A stretch of 64,000 nt of DNA from Bacteroidales bacterium (lineage in GTDB: Bacteria; Bacteroidota; Bacteroidia; Bacteroidales; VadinHA17): the NCBI GenBank assembly GCA_034002885.1, contig JAVEZS010000004.1, forward strand, positions 48,135 through 112,134, written 5' to 3'. This document shows positions 1-9,819 of this stretch, piece by piece. The notes below the pieces were generated by a model that saw only the letters and a list, made by a program, of their open reading frames with translations, was not told the origin of the DNA and did no database searches. The number at the start of each line of letters is the position of its first letter. Positions within the stretch are counted from its first letter, which is position 1. The position numbers and the translations under genes were made by a program.

Positions 1-1
1 G

Positions 2-586
2 ATTGCAAGACACAAAGACATCGACCTTATACTGCTCGACGTCAAAATGCCCGAAATGGACGGCTTCGACCTTATCGGAAGCCTCGACCATCCGCCAAAC
101 GTGATAATCGTTTCGGGCGAAAGTGAATTTGCCCTTAAAGCCTTCGATTTCAATGTTATAGACTTCCTTCTCAAGCCTGTTACCTATTCAAGGTTTTGTA
201 AAGCGATCGATAAAACCCTCAGGTACTACTCTCCGAAAGAGATCAGTACATCGGGAGACGAGGAAATATTTATAAAGAAGGGATCATCGCTTGTAAAACT
301 GAAACTGAGGGAGATTGTTTTTGTTGAAGCGCTTGAAAACTACGTGACACTTAACACCAATACCGACAAGTTCACCATTCACTTCACGATGAAAGCCATC
401 GAAAGCCAGCTTCCTTCAGGTGTATTCATAAGGGTGCACAGATCGTTTATAATTAACAAAAGCATGATCCAGGCAATTAAGGAAAACTCTCTCGATATAC
501 TGGTAGGTCACACAGTGAAGAATATTCCCGTCGGAAAATCATTCAGGGATTCACTGCTGAACGATATTAATGTGATGGCAAGGTAA
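2..586 (+). CDS. LytTR-family two-component response regulator (5' end cut by window edge)
   Basis: The frame is open from base 2. IARHKDIDLILLDVKMPEMDGFDL is the tail of a CheY-like receiver domain. It runs into a LytTR-type DNA-binding domain (FIRVHRSFIINKSMI). Confidence 0.85.
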   Translation: MARHKDIDLILLDVKMPEMDGFDLIGSLDHPPNVIIVSGESEFALKAFDFNVIDFLLKPVTYSRFCKAIDKTLRYYSPKEISTSGDEEIFIKKGSSLVKLKLREIVFVEALENYVTLNTNTDKFTIHFTMKAIESQLPSGVFIRVHRSFIINKSMIQAIKENSLDILVGHTVKNIPVGKSFRDSLLNDINVMAR

Positions 587-600
587 TCCTTAACCTTCTG

Positions 601-1806
601 ATGTTAACGGAACGGCAGCTTTTTCTCAGTTACCTCGGACAGACTTCTCCCACACCATTGATGCTTGAAATAGTCAGGGCAGAAGGCCTTTATATGTACG
701 ACCCTGAAGGCCGGAAATATCTCGATCTCATTTCCGGTGTATCAGTGAGCAATACAGGCCACTGCCACCCAAGGGTTGTGGAAGCAGTGAGCAGGCAGGC
801 AGCATCATACATGCATCTGATGGTGTATGGCGAAGTGATTCAGTCGCCTCAGGTGCGATACGCTGAATTCCTCGCAGGATTTCTTCCTGAAAACCTTCGC
901 TGTACTTACTTCGTTAATTCCGGAAGCGAGGCTGTGGAAGGAGCAATAAAACTCTCACGACGATTTACGGGTAAAAGCAAAATAGTGTCATTCAGGAACG
1001 CTTATCACGGAAGCACAACGGGAGCCCTGAGCGTGCAGGGAAGTGAAAGCTTCAGGGGCCCTTTCAGACCCCTTCTGCCCGACACCTGGCAGGCTGTCTT
1101 CAACGACTCTGACTCACTTGAAATTATTGACGACAAAACAGCCTGCGTTATAGTGGAACCAGTTCAGGGTGAAGCCGGCATTATTTTCCCACGAAGCGGT
1201 TTCCTTGAGGCGCTTAGAGAAAAATGTAACGTCACTGGCGCTCTTCTTGTCTTTGATGAGATCCAGACTGGTTTTGGACGTACCGGGAAAATGTTCGCCA
1301 TCGACAAATTCGGTGTCGTCCCCGACATACTCCTTCTTGCCAAAGCCCTCGGAGGGGGAATGCCTCTCGGAGCCTTTATCTCGTCGGGCAAAATTATGTC
1401 AGCACTGGCATCGGATCCACCCCTGGGACATATCACCACCTTCGGAGGCCACCCGGTATGCTGCGCAGCAGGTCTTGCATCTATGCAGGTTCTGTCAGAA
1501 GAGGGACTTGTGGTAAAATGCAGCATGAAATCGGAGCTTTTCAAAAAAATGCTACTGCACAAAATCATAAGGGAGGTAAGAGGAGAGGGTCTCTTCCTTG
1601 CAGTACGTCTGTCCGATCCTCAGTATATAGGATATGTGGTTGGTAAAGCACCGGATTATGGCCTGATTCTTGATTATTTCCTTTTCTGCAGTGATGCATT
1701 CAGGATAGCGCCGCCGTTGATAATAACCGATGAGCAGATAGTCTGGGCTGCTGAACAGCTTCTAAAACTGCTGGACGATGCCGAGAAAAATGTAAAACTG
1801 AAATGA
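601..1806 (+). CDS. Class III PLP-dependent aminotransferase (acetylornithine/ornithine/GABA aminotransferase family)
   Basis: 401-aa ORF with NSGSEAVEGAIKL, FDEIQTGFGRTGK and TFGGHP motifs typical of class III aminotransferases. Confidence 0.85.
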   Translation: MLTERQLFLSYLGQTSPTPLMLEIVRAEGLYMYDPEGRKYLDLISGVSVSNTGHCHPRVVEAVSRQAASYMHLMVYGEVIQSPQVRYAEFLAGFLPENLRCTYFVNSGSEAVEGAIKLSRRFTGKSKIVSFRNAYHGSTTGALSVQGSESFRGPFRPLLPDTWQAVFNDSDSLEIIDDKTACVIVEPVQGEAGIIFPRSGFLEALREKCNVTGALLVFDEIQTGFGRTGKMFAIDKFGVVPDILLLAKALGGGMPLGAFISSGKIMSALASDPPLGHITTFGGHPVCCAAGLASMQVLSEEGLVVKCSMKSELFKKMLLHKIIREVRGEGLFLAVRLSDPQYIGYVVGKAPDYGLILDYFLFCSDAFRIAPPLIITDEQIVWAAEQLLKLLDDAEKNVKLK

Positions 1807-2630
1807 GAAGATTCCTGATTATTGCTCTTTTGATCCTGACGGGATCCATTCATCCTCTTATGGAAGCAACAGCCGGAAAAGATACTGAAGCTGTCCTTCA
1901 GAATCTTTTCAGAAGCTTGTCTGCCAGTCGCCAGGATCACGAGAAGAAAGCAATAAACGATTCAATAATCCTTATTATCGATAGTTATGCCGCTTCCGAT
2001 TCTGTTATGGAACATTCTTTCCGCCAGATCAGAAACCTGGGGCAGATAACATCAAGGAATTTAAAGCTAAAGATAATTACCTGGAACCTTCTTCTCGAAA
2101 ATGAGAAAAGCAGGTATTATTGTTATTTTGTTAACAATAATGACAAATTCAACAAAGTAAACAAGCTGGTCGGTATCTACAGGGATGAACCTGTCAGGAC
2201 AGACATCCAATATTCAGGAAAAGACTGGTACGGAGCTCTGTACTACGACCTCAGACCAGCGGGAAGAAAAGATGACAACTACTGGATCCTTCTCGGGATC
2301 GATTTTGGAAATCCCTCTGTGACACGGAAGATAATCGATGCTGTAAGTTTCAATACCGATGGTTCGGTTACATTCGGAAGAAGGATATTTCTGTCGGGAA
2401 AGGAATCCATCTTCAGGGAGGTTCTGGAGTATAATCCTGAAGCAGTGGTTACCCTCAGGTTCTTTTCGGATAAAACAATCGTCTTTGACCATCTGGTCCC
2501 CGTCTCGCCTTCGCTGAAAGGGATGAAGGAACACTACGCACCTGATTTCTCATACGATGCCTATACTCTTATAAGGGGCGGAATGTGGCGCTTTGTATCC
2601 AATTTCGACGCAAGAAACAGAAAGGAATAA
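1803..2630 (+). CDS. Hypothetical exported protein
   Basis: ATGA stop/start overlap with the upstream gene. N-terminal hydrophobic signal-like stretch (RRFLIIALLILTGSI). No family recognised. Confidence 0.55.
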   Translation: MRRFLIIALLILTGSIHPLMEATAGKDTEAVLQNLFRSLSASRQDHEKKAINDSIILIIDSYAASDSVMEHSFRQIRNLGQITSRNLKLKIITWNLLLENEKSRYYCYFVNNNDKFNKVNKLVGIYRDEPVRTDIQYSGKDWYGALYYDLRPAGRKDDNYWILLGIDFGNPSVTRKIIDAVSFNTDGSVTFGRRIFLSGKESIFREVLEYNPEAVVTLRFFSDKTIVFDHLVPVSPSLKGMKEHYAPDFSYDAYTLIRGGMWRFVSNFDARNRKE

Positions 2631-2822
2631 TGTCTGATCCGGTTTTCCAGGCCGGAGGTATTTTAGATATGTCCCGCAAACTGATACTGACACTCTCAGC
2701 AGATAACATGTCATTTGCCGGAGCTTGTGCCTTTACGGGTGACTATTTGTCAGTCGCAGCCTGACGGCATATCTTTTGAGAGGGAAACGTCGTTATATTG
2801 TCAAACTGTAAAATTAACCGAT

Positions 2823-4868
2823 ATGCAAACAGGGAAAATTGGAGTAACAACCGAGAACATCTTTCCGATAATTAAAAAGTTCCTTTACTCAGACCACGAG
2901 ATCTTTCTCAGGGAGATAATTTCAAATGCGGTGGATGCCACCCGGAAAATGCAGGCAATGGCATCTGCAGGCGATTTCAAGGGCGAACTGGGTGATCTGA
3001 CAATAAGGGTCTCAGTCGACAGCAAGAAGAAGACAATTACAGTAAGCGACTCAGGAGTGGGAATGACAGCCGGTGAGATAGACAAATACCTTAACCAGAT
3101 AGCTTTTTCGAGCGCCAACGACTTCCTTGAGAAATACAAGGACCAGATGAATACAATGATAGGCCATTTCGGTCTTGGTTTCTACTCCGCCTTCATGGTG
3201 TCGGATAAGGTTGAAGTTATCTCCAGGTCGTGGGACGATACCGAACCGGCTGTAAAATGGACCTGCGACGGAAGTCCTGAATACCAGATAGGAGAGAGTG
3301 AGAGAGGGAATCGGGGAACGGATGTTATCCTCCATATCGACAAAGAATCCAAGGAATTCCTCGAAGAAAACAGAATAGAAGAGCTTCTGAAAAAGTACTG
3401 CAAATTCCTTCCCGTCGAGATAGCCTTTGGTAAGATCAAAGAGTGGAAGGACGGTAAATACGTTGATACTGAAAAGGATAAGATAATAAACAACACAAAG
3501 CCGGCCTGGACCCAGAAACCTTCTGAACTCAAGGATGAGGATTATCAGAAATTCTACAGGGAGCTTTATCCCATTGGCGATGAACCCCTCTTCAACATTC
3601 ACCTTAATGTTGATTATCCTTTCAAGCTTACCGGAATACTTTATTTTCCTAAAATCAAGAGCAATATCGAGATACAGAAAAACAAGATACAGCTTTACTG
3701 CAACCAGGTATTCGTTACCGACTCGGTTGAAGGAATTGTGCCTGAATTCCTGACCCTTCTGCACGGGGTGATCGACTCTCCGGATATTCCTCTTAACGTT
3801 TCGAGAAGCTATCTCCAGAGCGATTCAAATGTCAAAAAAATATCTTCCCATATAACAAAGAAAGTTGCTGACCGGCTGAATGAGATATTCAGGAACAACC
3901 GCGAAGAGTTCGAGAAAAAATGGGACAATCTCAAGCTTTTCATAGAATACGGAATGATAACCGAGGAGAAGTTCTTTGACAAGGCTTCGAAATTTGCTCT
4001 CTTTAAAAATACCGATGACAAGTACTTTACTTTCGAAGAGTATGAAAAACTGATAAAGGAAAACCAGACCGACAAGAACAAAACCCTGGTTTATCTTTAT
4101 TCAACCAATAAGACCGACCAGTTTTCCTATATCGAAAAAGCCCGAAACAAGGGCTACGATGTCCTGAATCTCGACGGACAACTTGATATTCACCTTATAA
4201 ACCATCTCGAAACAAAATTCAAGGATTCGAGGTTCGTAAGGGTCGATTCTGATGTAATTGAGAAACTTATTCCCAGGGAAGAGGCAAGAGAATCGAAACT
4301 TACTTCTTCCCAGCAGGAAGACATGAAGAGCGTATTCAATATCAGGCTTGTTTCGAAAGAGATCTATAACGTTGTGCCGGAAGCACTTGACGAGAACGAC
4401 TCCCCTGTGATAATAACACAGTCGGAATTCATGCGCAGGATGAAAGAGATGTCGGCTCTCGGTGGTGGAATGAATTTTTACGGAGAGCTTCCCGACAGCT
4501 ACAATCTAGTTGTGAATCTCAATCATCCTCTTGTTGTAAGAATAGCTGACGACATGCAGAATGAGCTTGGAACGAAGCTTAAGGATAATAATTCCGAAAG
4601 GGAAAGGGTTAGGGAACAGGTTGAATTCATGGAAAAGGACCATGCCAGTAAGAAGGCTGAAGAAATAAGCCAGGTGGAAAAAGACGACCTGGAGAAGCTC
4701 AGAAAAGAGCTTGAGACTATTGAGACGGCAAGAAAAGAGCTTCTTGAAAGTTATGGAACAGGGAATAAGGTTGTCAAGCAGCTTATCGACCTTGCTCTTC
4801 TCTCAAATAACATGCTCAGGGGAGAGGATCTGAGTACCTTTGTTAAAAGGAGCGTGGAGCTGCTTTAA
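2823..4868 (+). CDS. htpG: Molecular chaperone HtpG (Hsp90)
   Basis: GHKL/Hsp90 motifs EIFLREIISNAVDA, SDSGVGMT and GHFGLGFYSAFMV. Start moved from 2715 to ATG 2823 (MQTGKIGV...), where the conserved Hsp90 N-terminus begins. Confidence 0.95.
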   Translation: MQTGKIGVTTENIFPIIKKFLYSDHEIFLREIISNAVDATRKMQAMASAGDFKGELGDLTIRVSVDSKKKTITVSDSGVGMTAGEIDKYLNQIAFSSANDFLEKYKDQMNTMIGHFGLGFYSAFMVSDKVEVISRSWDDTEPAVKWTCDGSPEYQIGESERGNRGTDVILHIDKESKEFLEENRIEELLKKYCKFLPVEIAFGKIKEWKDGKYVDTEKDKIINNTKPAWTQKPSELKDEDYQKFYRELYPIGDEPLFNIHLNVDYPFKLTGILYFPKIKSNIEIQKNKIQLYCNQVFVTDSVEGIVPEFLTLLHGVIDSPDIPLNVSRSYLQSDSNVKKISSHITKKVADRLNEIFRNNREEFEKKWDNLKLFIEYGMITEEKFFDKASKFALFKNTDDKYFTFEEYEKLIKENQTDKNKTLVYLYSTNKTDQFSYIEKARNKGYDVLNLDGQLDIHLINHLETKFKDSRFVRVDSDVIEKLIPREEARESKLTSSQQEDMKSVFNIRLVSKEIYNVVPEALDENDSPVIITQSEFMRRMKEMSALGGGMNFYGELPDSYNLVVNLNHPLVVRIADDMQNELGTKLKDNNSERERVREQVEFMEKDHASKKAEEISQVEKDDLEKLRKELETIETARKELLESYGTGNKVVKQLIDLALLSNNMLRGEDLSTFVKRSVELL

Positions 4869-4905
4869 AACACAGAATAAGACAAAGGGTTTATAAGCTC
4901 AGGAG

Positions 4906-4940
4906 GGCCTGTTCGTACTGACGGAATGTACTTACAGGCC
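4906..4940 (+). terminator. Possible hairpin terminator after htpG
   Basis: GGCCTGT (4906-4912) pairs with ACAGGCC (4934-4940). An internal GTAC/GTAC pairing is possible. A moderately T-rich tail (tctgttgttattt) follows. Confidence 0.3.
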
Positions 4941-5047
4941 TCTGTTGTTATTTATGCAAAACTAAACGGTTTACAATCAAGAAGCTAAGTCAGGTGTGCA
5001 TTCTGAGGTAAGTGAAGGAGCAGGTTCTTCAGCTTTGCGGGAACCTG

Positions 5048-5569
5048 TCAGAACATCTTTGAAACTTCAGCTTTAATGAAGTCGATGGCTACCCTGGTGG
5101 GTTCCTTGTCGAGTTCCATAACACGTGAAAGAAGCTGACGGCTTAATTCAATGGAGGGATCGCTGTCCTTCATCTTTTCTGCTTCCGAATTGATAAGCCT
5201 GATAACTGACGATCTGGCATTCCTGACAACTTCCCATGCCTGAGGGCTCATGTAGATCTGCTGCGACAGATTATGTTCGAATTCACTCCTCACAGTCGAA
5301 AGTAGAGCCGACTGAAGCTCTCCTGCAGTCATTCCCGGAGTGCTTACCCTAAGCAAAAGCGACTCGAGAGAAATCCTTTCAAGAAAGAGAACTATCCTTT
5401 CATAGGCCTGAAGTTTTATGGGAGTGACGCTCCTGGCCCCCTGCATCACGATTTCCTGACGCCGGCGGTCCTGATCATTCCTTATCATGTTTCTCAATAG
5501 CACCCATGCTGTAAAGAAGACAACAAGAGCCGGAAGAATGATCTTCAGAATATCTGACAGTAGTTCCAT
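5048..5569 (-). CDS. Hypothetical membrane-anchored protein
   Basis: 173-aa ORF with one N-terminal TM helix (ILPALVVFFTAWVLL) and a helical soluble remainder. No family recognised. Confidence 0.55.
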   Translation of the reverse strand: MELLSDILKIILPALVVFFTAWVLLRNMIRNDQDRRRQEIVMQGARSVTPIKLQAYERIVLFLERISLESLLLRVSTPGMTAGELQSALLSTVRSEFEHNLSQQIYMSPQAWEVVRNARSSVIRLINSEAEKMKDSDPSIELSRQLLSRVMELDKEPTRVAIDFIKAEVSKMF

Positions 5570-5659
5570 ATCACAAATCTTTTAATTGCAAATTAAGGTT
5601 TTTCCTTCATATTGATGTTCGGAAGATGGTAAGAAAATCTGCCTCCATTCTAAAAAGGC

Positions 5660-5675
5660 TTTCAGATATCTGAAA
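5660..5675. promoter_or_regulatory. 16-bp perfect palindrome TTTCAGATATCTGAAA in a divergent promoter region
   Basis: Checked base by base. Lies between the divergent genes 5048-5569 (-) and 5797-6993 (+). Candidate operator for a dimeric regulator. Confidence 0.35.
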
Positions 5676-5796
5676 ATTGTTTCTTTTTTGATGTTGTAAT
5701 AATTTTCTGCTGCTGGCTATTATTGTTTTTTCTATTTCGATTTTCCTTTATACTTTTATTCCGGCCGAAAAATATTCATCATTAAAACAATTCTTC

Positions 5797-6993
5797 ATGG
5801 AATATCTCTCCGACAGAATAAAAGCCTTATCTGTATCGCAGACTCTTGCAATGGCTCAGAAAAGCAGGGAACTGAAGGCTCAGGGTCTTGATATTATTAG
5901 CCTGAGTCTCGGCGAACCCGATTTTGACACTCCAGGCTATATAAAGGAGGCTGCCAAGAAAGCCATCGATGATAATTATTCGAAGTATCCCCCGGTGCCG
6001 GGATACAATGACCTTCGGGATGCGATATCGAAGAAATTCAGGGAAGAGAACGGCATAAGCTATTCAGCCGATCAGATAATAGTCTCAGCCGGAGGAAAGC
6101 ATTCGCTTATCAATGTAATCCTGTCAATAATAAATCCCGGTGATGAGGTTATCATTCTTGCTCCCTACTGGGTAAGTTATTATGATCAGATAATCCTGGC
6201 AGGAGGGAAGCCGGTCGTTGTCGAAGCCCTTCTTGAAAACGATTTCAAGATCAGGCCTGAACAGCTGGAGGAGGTTATTACCCCTTCATCGAGGCTTCTG
6301 ATCTTCAATTCGCCATCAAATCCGACGGGAATGGTTTATTCACGCGGTGAAATGGAAGCTATTGCCAGGGTGATTGAGAAGCATGAGGGACTTTTTGTTA
6401 TGTCGGACGAGATTTACGAACATATTATCTTTGAGGGAGAGCATGTCAGCATGGCTTCTTTCCCCTTCATTTACGAAAGGGTGATAACGGTTAACGGAGT
6501 TTCAAAAGGCTATGCAATGACGGGTTGGAGGATTGGCTATATCGGAGCCCCTCTGTGGATAGCAAAGGCATGCAACAAGCTTCAGGGGCAGTTCACCTCA
6601 GGGGTATGTTCAATTGCACAGAGGGCTGCTCTTACTGCCATTGAAGGTGATGATGGCTCAAGAAAGAATATGAAGGAGGCTTTTCTCAGGCGTCGCGATC
6701 TTATTTGCAGCCTTCTGGGTGAGATACCCGGGATAAAGCTCAGGAAACCACAGGGAGCTTTTTATGTAATGCCCGATATTTCCTTCTATCTTGGAAAAAC
6801 GGATGGTAGCAGGAGAATAGGTAATTCCGACGATCTGGCCATGTACCTTCTTGAGAAGGCGCAGGTTGCCGTTGTCGGAGGCGACGCTTTCGGAGCACCG
6901 GACTGCATCAGGATCTCATACGCAAATTCAGATCACCTTCTTATTGAGGCAGTTAAAAGGATAAGAACAGCTCTCGCACTGCTTGAAGGTTAA
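5797..6993 (+). CDS. Class I PLP-dependent aminotransferase (aspartate aminotransferase-like)
   Basis: LSLGEPDFDTP, NSPSNPTG and VSKGYAMTGWRIGY (PLP-lysine region) are typical of AspB/AspC-type aminotransferases. Confidence 0.85.
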   Translation: MEYLSDRIKALSVSQTLAMAQKSRELKAQGLDIISLSLGEPDFDTPGYIKEAAKKAIDDNYSKYPPVPGYNDLRDAISKKFREENGISYSADQIIVSAGGKHSLINVILSIINPGDEVIILAPYWVSYYDQIILAGGKPVVVEALLENDFKIRPEQLEEVITPSSRLLIFNSPSNPTGMVYSRGEMEAIARVIEKHEGLFVMSDEIYEHIIFEGEHVSMASFPFIYERVITVNGVSKGYAMTGWRIGYIGAPLWIAKACNKLQGQFTSGVCSIAQRAALTAIEGDDGSRKNMKEAFLRRRDLICSLLGEIPGIKLRKPQGAFYVMPDISFYLGKTDGSRRIGNSDDLAMYLLEKAQVAVVGGDAFGAPDCIRISYANSDHLLIEAVKRIRTALALLEG

Positions 6994-7043
6994 TAATAAA
7001 TGTGTCGTGCTGCCCTGAAGCAGCAAAGTAAAAGCGACAGGTA

Positions 7044-7604
7044 TCAGTACTTGTTATAAGATACTGTCTCTTCCTTCGGTTTGCGCTTCTTTTCCCTGTA
7101 GCCATTCAATGAATAACCCAGAGTTATAATCAGTTCAACCCTTTTGGATTCAGGAATTCCAAGGATCCTTTTAACCCTGTCCTCGTCAAACCATCCTAGA
7201 ATACATGTTCCCAGTCCCTCCGCACCCGCCTGCAGGCATATGTTTTCTGCCGCGATGCCAATATCAATCAGTGAGTAGTCCTTGCTTTTAATTGTACCGC
7301 CAAGCCTTGAGCTGAGGTTTGGTTTCTCCCTTACAATAACAATCTGTACGGGAGCCTGGGATACAAATGTATTCATCCCAAGAAGCCTGGCCGAGGCAGC
7401 CTCCGATAGTTGCTCCAGGATAACCCTGTCGTCTGCAATAATGAATTTCCAGGGCTGAGCATTGCAGGCAGAAGGGGCCATCCTGCCTGCATTGATAATC
7501 CGTTCCAGCTTTTCTCTTTCAACAGGTTTTTCGCTGTACTTCCTGTCGCTTTGTCTCCTTAAGATAAACTCGAGAAATTCTTTTCCCCCGATCATGGAAA
7601 TCAA
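7044..7604 (-). CDS. Nitroreductase family protein
   Basis: RRQSDRKYSEKPV...APSACNAQPWKF is a nitroreductase signature. Its start overlaps the rubrerythrin stop by 4 nt, so the two form an operon. Confidence 0.85.
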   Translation of the reverse strand: MISMIGGKEFLEFILRRQSDRKYSEKPVEREKLERIINAGRMAPSACNAQPWKFIIADDRVILEQLSEAASARLLGMNTFVSQAPVQIVIVREKPNLSSRLGGTIKSKDYSLIDIGIAAENICLQAGAEGLGTCILGWFDEDRVKRILGIPESKRVELIITLGYSLNGYREKKRKPKEETVSYNKY

Positions 7605-8179
7605 TAGTTTTCAGCCTTTAGCTCAAAATAGCTTTCAGGATGCAGACATGCCGGGCAGTTTTTCAGGGCTTTTGTTCCGAAATGTATATACCCGCATTTA
7701 CGGCAGTACCAGAATACTTTTTCATCACGTTCGAAAACCTTGTTCTTCATGACATTTTCAAGAAGCTTCCTGTATCTTTCTTCGTGATTCTTTTCTGCAG
7801 AAGCTATTGCCTTGAACGCGGTGGAGATATTTTTAAAACCCTCTTCCTCTGCTATCCTGGCAAATTCGGGATACAGCAGGTTCCATTCTTCATGTTCTCC
7901 TTCGGCTGCTGCTTCGAGGTTCTCTTTTGTTGATGCTGTCTTTCCGGCGGGGTAGGATGCCGTAATCTCTACCATGCCTCCCTCGAGGAAGTTAAAAAAT
8001 CTTTTTGCGTGCTGCTGCTCCTGAAGGGCTGTTTCGAGGAATATAGCGGCAATCTGCTCATATCCTTCCTCTTTGGCAACCTTGGCAGCAAATTCATACC
8101 TGTTCTTTGCCTGAGATTCGCCTGCAAATGCTTTCAGAAGGTTCTGCTCTGTCTTTGTTCCTTTTAAACTCTTTTCCAT
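7601..8179 (-). CDS. rbr: Rubrerythrin
   Basis: N-terminal diiron ferritin-like domain (TEQNLLKAFAGESQAKNRYEF, two ExxH regions). C-terminal rubredoxin-like CRKCG...CPAC. Start trimmed to ATG 8179 (MEKSLKGTK); a -7-like box at 8243-8250 lies inside the longer ORF-track version. Confidence 0.9.
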   Translation of the reverse strand: MEKSLKGTKTEQNLLKAFAGESQAKNRYEFAAKVAKEEGYEQIAAIFLETALQEQQHAKRFFNFLEGGMVEITASYPAGKTASTKENLEAAAEGEHEEWNLLYPEFARIAEEEGFKNISTAFKAIASAEKNHEERYRKLLENVMKNKVFERDEKVFWYCRKCGYIHFGTKALKNCPACLHPESYFELKAENY

Positions 8180-8242
8180 ATCCGGTTTTTTAGTTGTTTG
8201 TAGTATAGTTTTAAAGTTATCCTGTACTGGTTCCAATTTTAG

Positions 8243-8250
8243 CAAAAATA
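8243..8250 (-). promoter_or_regulatory. Candidate Bacteroidota -7 promoter box (TAnnTTTG) for rbr
   Basis: The plus strand reads CAAAAATA, which is TATTTTTG on the minus strand, 64 nt upstream of ATG 8179. No clean -33 TTTG. Confidence 0.3.
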
Positions 8251-8312
8251 CCTATCTTTATTTTGCAATTTTTACTTTTTTCTAAATTTATTAACCTTAA
8301 CAAAACAGTAAC

Positions 8313-8876
8313 ATGGGAATATTACTTATTCTTCTGGGAATAGTTGCCCTCCTGGTAATGTGGACAATATCCCTGTATAACAGGCTTGTGAAACTGAGGA
8401 ACGGCAGGGAGCAGGCTTTCGCTGATGTTGATGTTCAGCTCAGACAGAGACACGATCTGATTCCTCAGCTTGTTGAAGCAGTAAAAGGATATATGGTTCA
8501 TGAGAGGAGTGTCCTTACCGAGATAACCGAAGCCCGTGCAAATGCCATGAAGGCAGGTACAATTAATGAGAAAATTGCTGCTGAAGGTAGGCTCACTTCT
8601 GCACTGGAAGGCCTCAGGGTTTCAGTTGAAGCCTATCCCGATCTGAAGGCCAGTCAGAATTTCATGGATCTTCAGAACGAGATCTCGGATGTTGAGAACA
8701 AGATAGCAGCAGCCCGCAGGTTCTTCAACTCAGCAACAAAGGAACTCAACGTTGCCACTGAGGTATTCCCTTCAAACATTATTGCTACATTATTCAATTT
8801 CAAGCGTGAACCCATGTTCGATCTGGGTGATAAAAGGACTACGATAGAAGAGCCGCCTCAGATTAAGTTCCAGTAG
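8313..8876 (+). CDS. lemA: LemA family protein
   Basis: N-terminal TM helix followed by the LemA-type helical domain (YNRLVKLRN..., RRFFNSATKELN). Confidence 0.88.
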   Translation: MGILLILLGIVALLVMWTISLYNRLVKLRNGREQAFADVDVQLRQRHDLIPQLVEAVKGYMVHERSVLTEITEARANAMKAGTINEKIAAEGRLTSALEGLRVSVEAYPDLKASQNFMDLQNEISDVENKIAAARRFFNSATKELNVATEVFPSNIIATLFNFKREPMFDLGDKRTTIEEPPQIKFQ

Positions 8877-8877
8877 A

Positions 8878-9819
8878 ATGCAGTATTTCGGACTTCAGAG
8901 CCAGATAAGAAAGAATAACCTGAACTCAGTGTTACTTCTCCTGATGTTTCCACTGACATTTTATGGTCTTACCTGGCTTTTTCTCGTCTTTGCATCGAGA
9001 GGTAGCGAGAGCGGCGGCATGGGTCTCTTTGATGTTAACCAGTCATTCCTTTATACTGTTCCATGGATTACACTAGGTGTCGGAATATGGTTTCTCATTG
9101 CGTGGCTTTCGCACACTGCAATAATAAATACGGCAACAAATTCCAGGCCTCTCGAAAGGAAAGAGAACAAACGGGTCTATAATCTGGTTGAGAACCTTTG
9201 CATTGCTTCGGGAATGCCGCTGCCAAAGATCAACATAATCGAAGACGATTCGCTGAATGCATTTGCAAGCGGGATAAACAGCAAGACTTACACGGTAGCA
9301 CTTTCGAGGGGAATAATCGACAAACTGGATGATGATGAACTTGAGGCTGTTATAGCTCATGAACTTACTCACATCAGGAACCGTGACGTAAGACTCCTGA
9401 TAATCTCGATAATATTCGTCGGTATTTTCGCTTTTATAACGGAGATGTTGTTCAGATCGCTGAGGTATGGGAGGATTGGAAGGGGAAAGAAAGAAGGCCC
9501 TGCTATTCTCTTCGCACTTCTTCTGGCTCTCGTTGGATATCTGCTTGCTACACTTTTCCGTTTTGCTCTTTCCAGGAAACGTGAGTTCCTCGCTGATGCC
9601 GGATCAGCTGAGCTTACAAGGAGACCGCTCTCCCTTGCATCAGCCCTTCGGAAGATTTCTTCAGATCCAACAATTGAAGCTGTACGTAGGAAAGATATTG
9701 CACAGATGTTCATCGATAATCCCCAGGAGCCCGAAGAAGAAACAGCCTTTTCGTTTGCTAATCTTTTTGCGACTCATCCTCCTGTGGAGAAGAGGATCCA
9801 GCTTCTGGAGCAGTACTAA
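8878..9819 (+). CDS. M48-family (HtpX-like) membrane zinc metallopeptidase
   Basis: HELTHIRNRD (HExxH) flanked by TM segments. Starts 1 nt after lemA, which is the common LemA/M48 gene pair. Confidence 0.85.
   Translation: MQYFGLQSQIRKNNLNSVLLLLMFPLTFYGLTWLFLVFASRGSESGGMGLFDVNQSFLYTVPWITLGVGIWFLIAWLSHTAIINTATNSRPLERKENKRVYNLVENLCIASGMPLPKINIIEDDSLNAFASGINSKTYTVALSRGIIDKLDDDELEAVIAHELTHIRNRDVRLLIISIIFVGIFAFITEMLFRSLRYGRIGRGKKEGPAILFALLLALVGYLLATLFRFALSRKREFLADAGSAELTRRPLSLASALRKISSDPTIEAVRRKDIAQMFIDNPQEPEEETAFSFANLFATHPPVEKRIQLLEQY

Noticed and set aside
2715-2822. Upstream extensions of ORF-track starts (htpG 2715, rbr 8245, pckA 12126, nth 25351, larC 39643, larE 38457, citDE 46580, citF 47766, OMP 30816, OMP 56430, fur 57547)
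   Set aside because: The conserved N-termini or signal peptides begin at internal ATGs. Several extensions start at TTG or GTG, overlap the upstream gene, or contain the candidate -7 promoter box or operator of the gene itself.
3051-3764. 237-aa minus-strand ORF inside htpG
   Set aside because: It is antisense to a full-length Hsp90 homologue. The product is low-complexity and Leu/Phe/Lys-rich with no family resemblance, so it is a shadow ORF.
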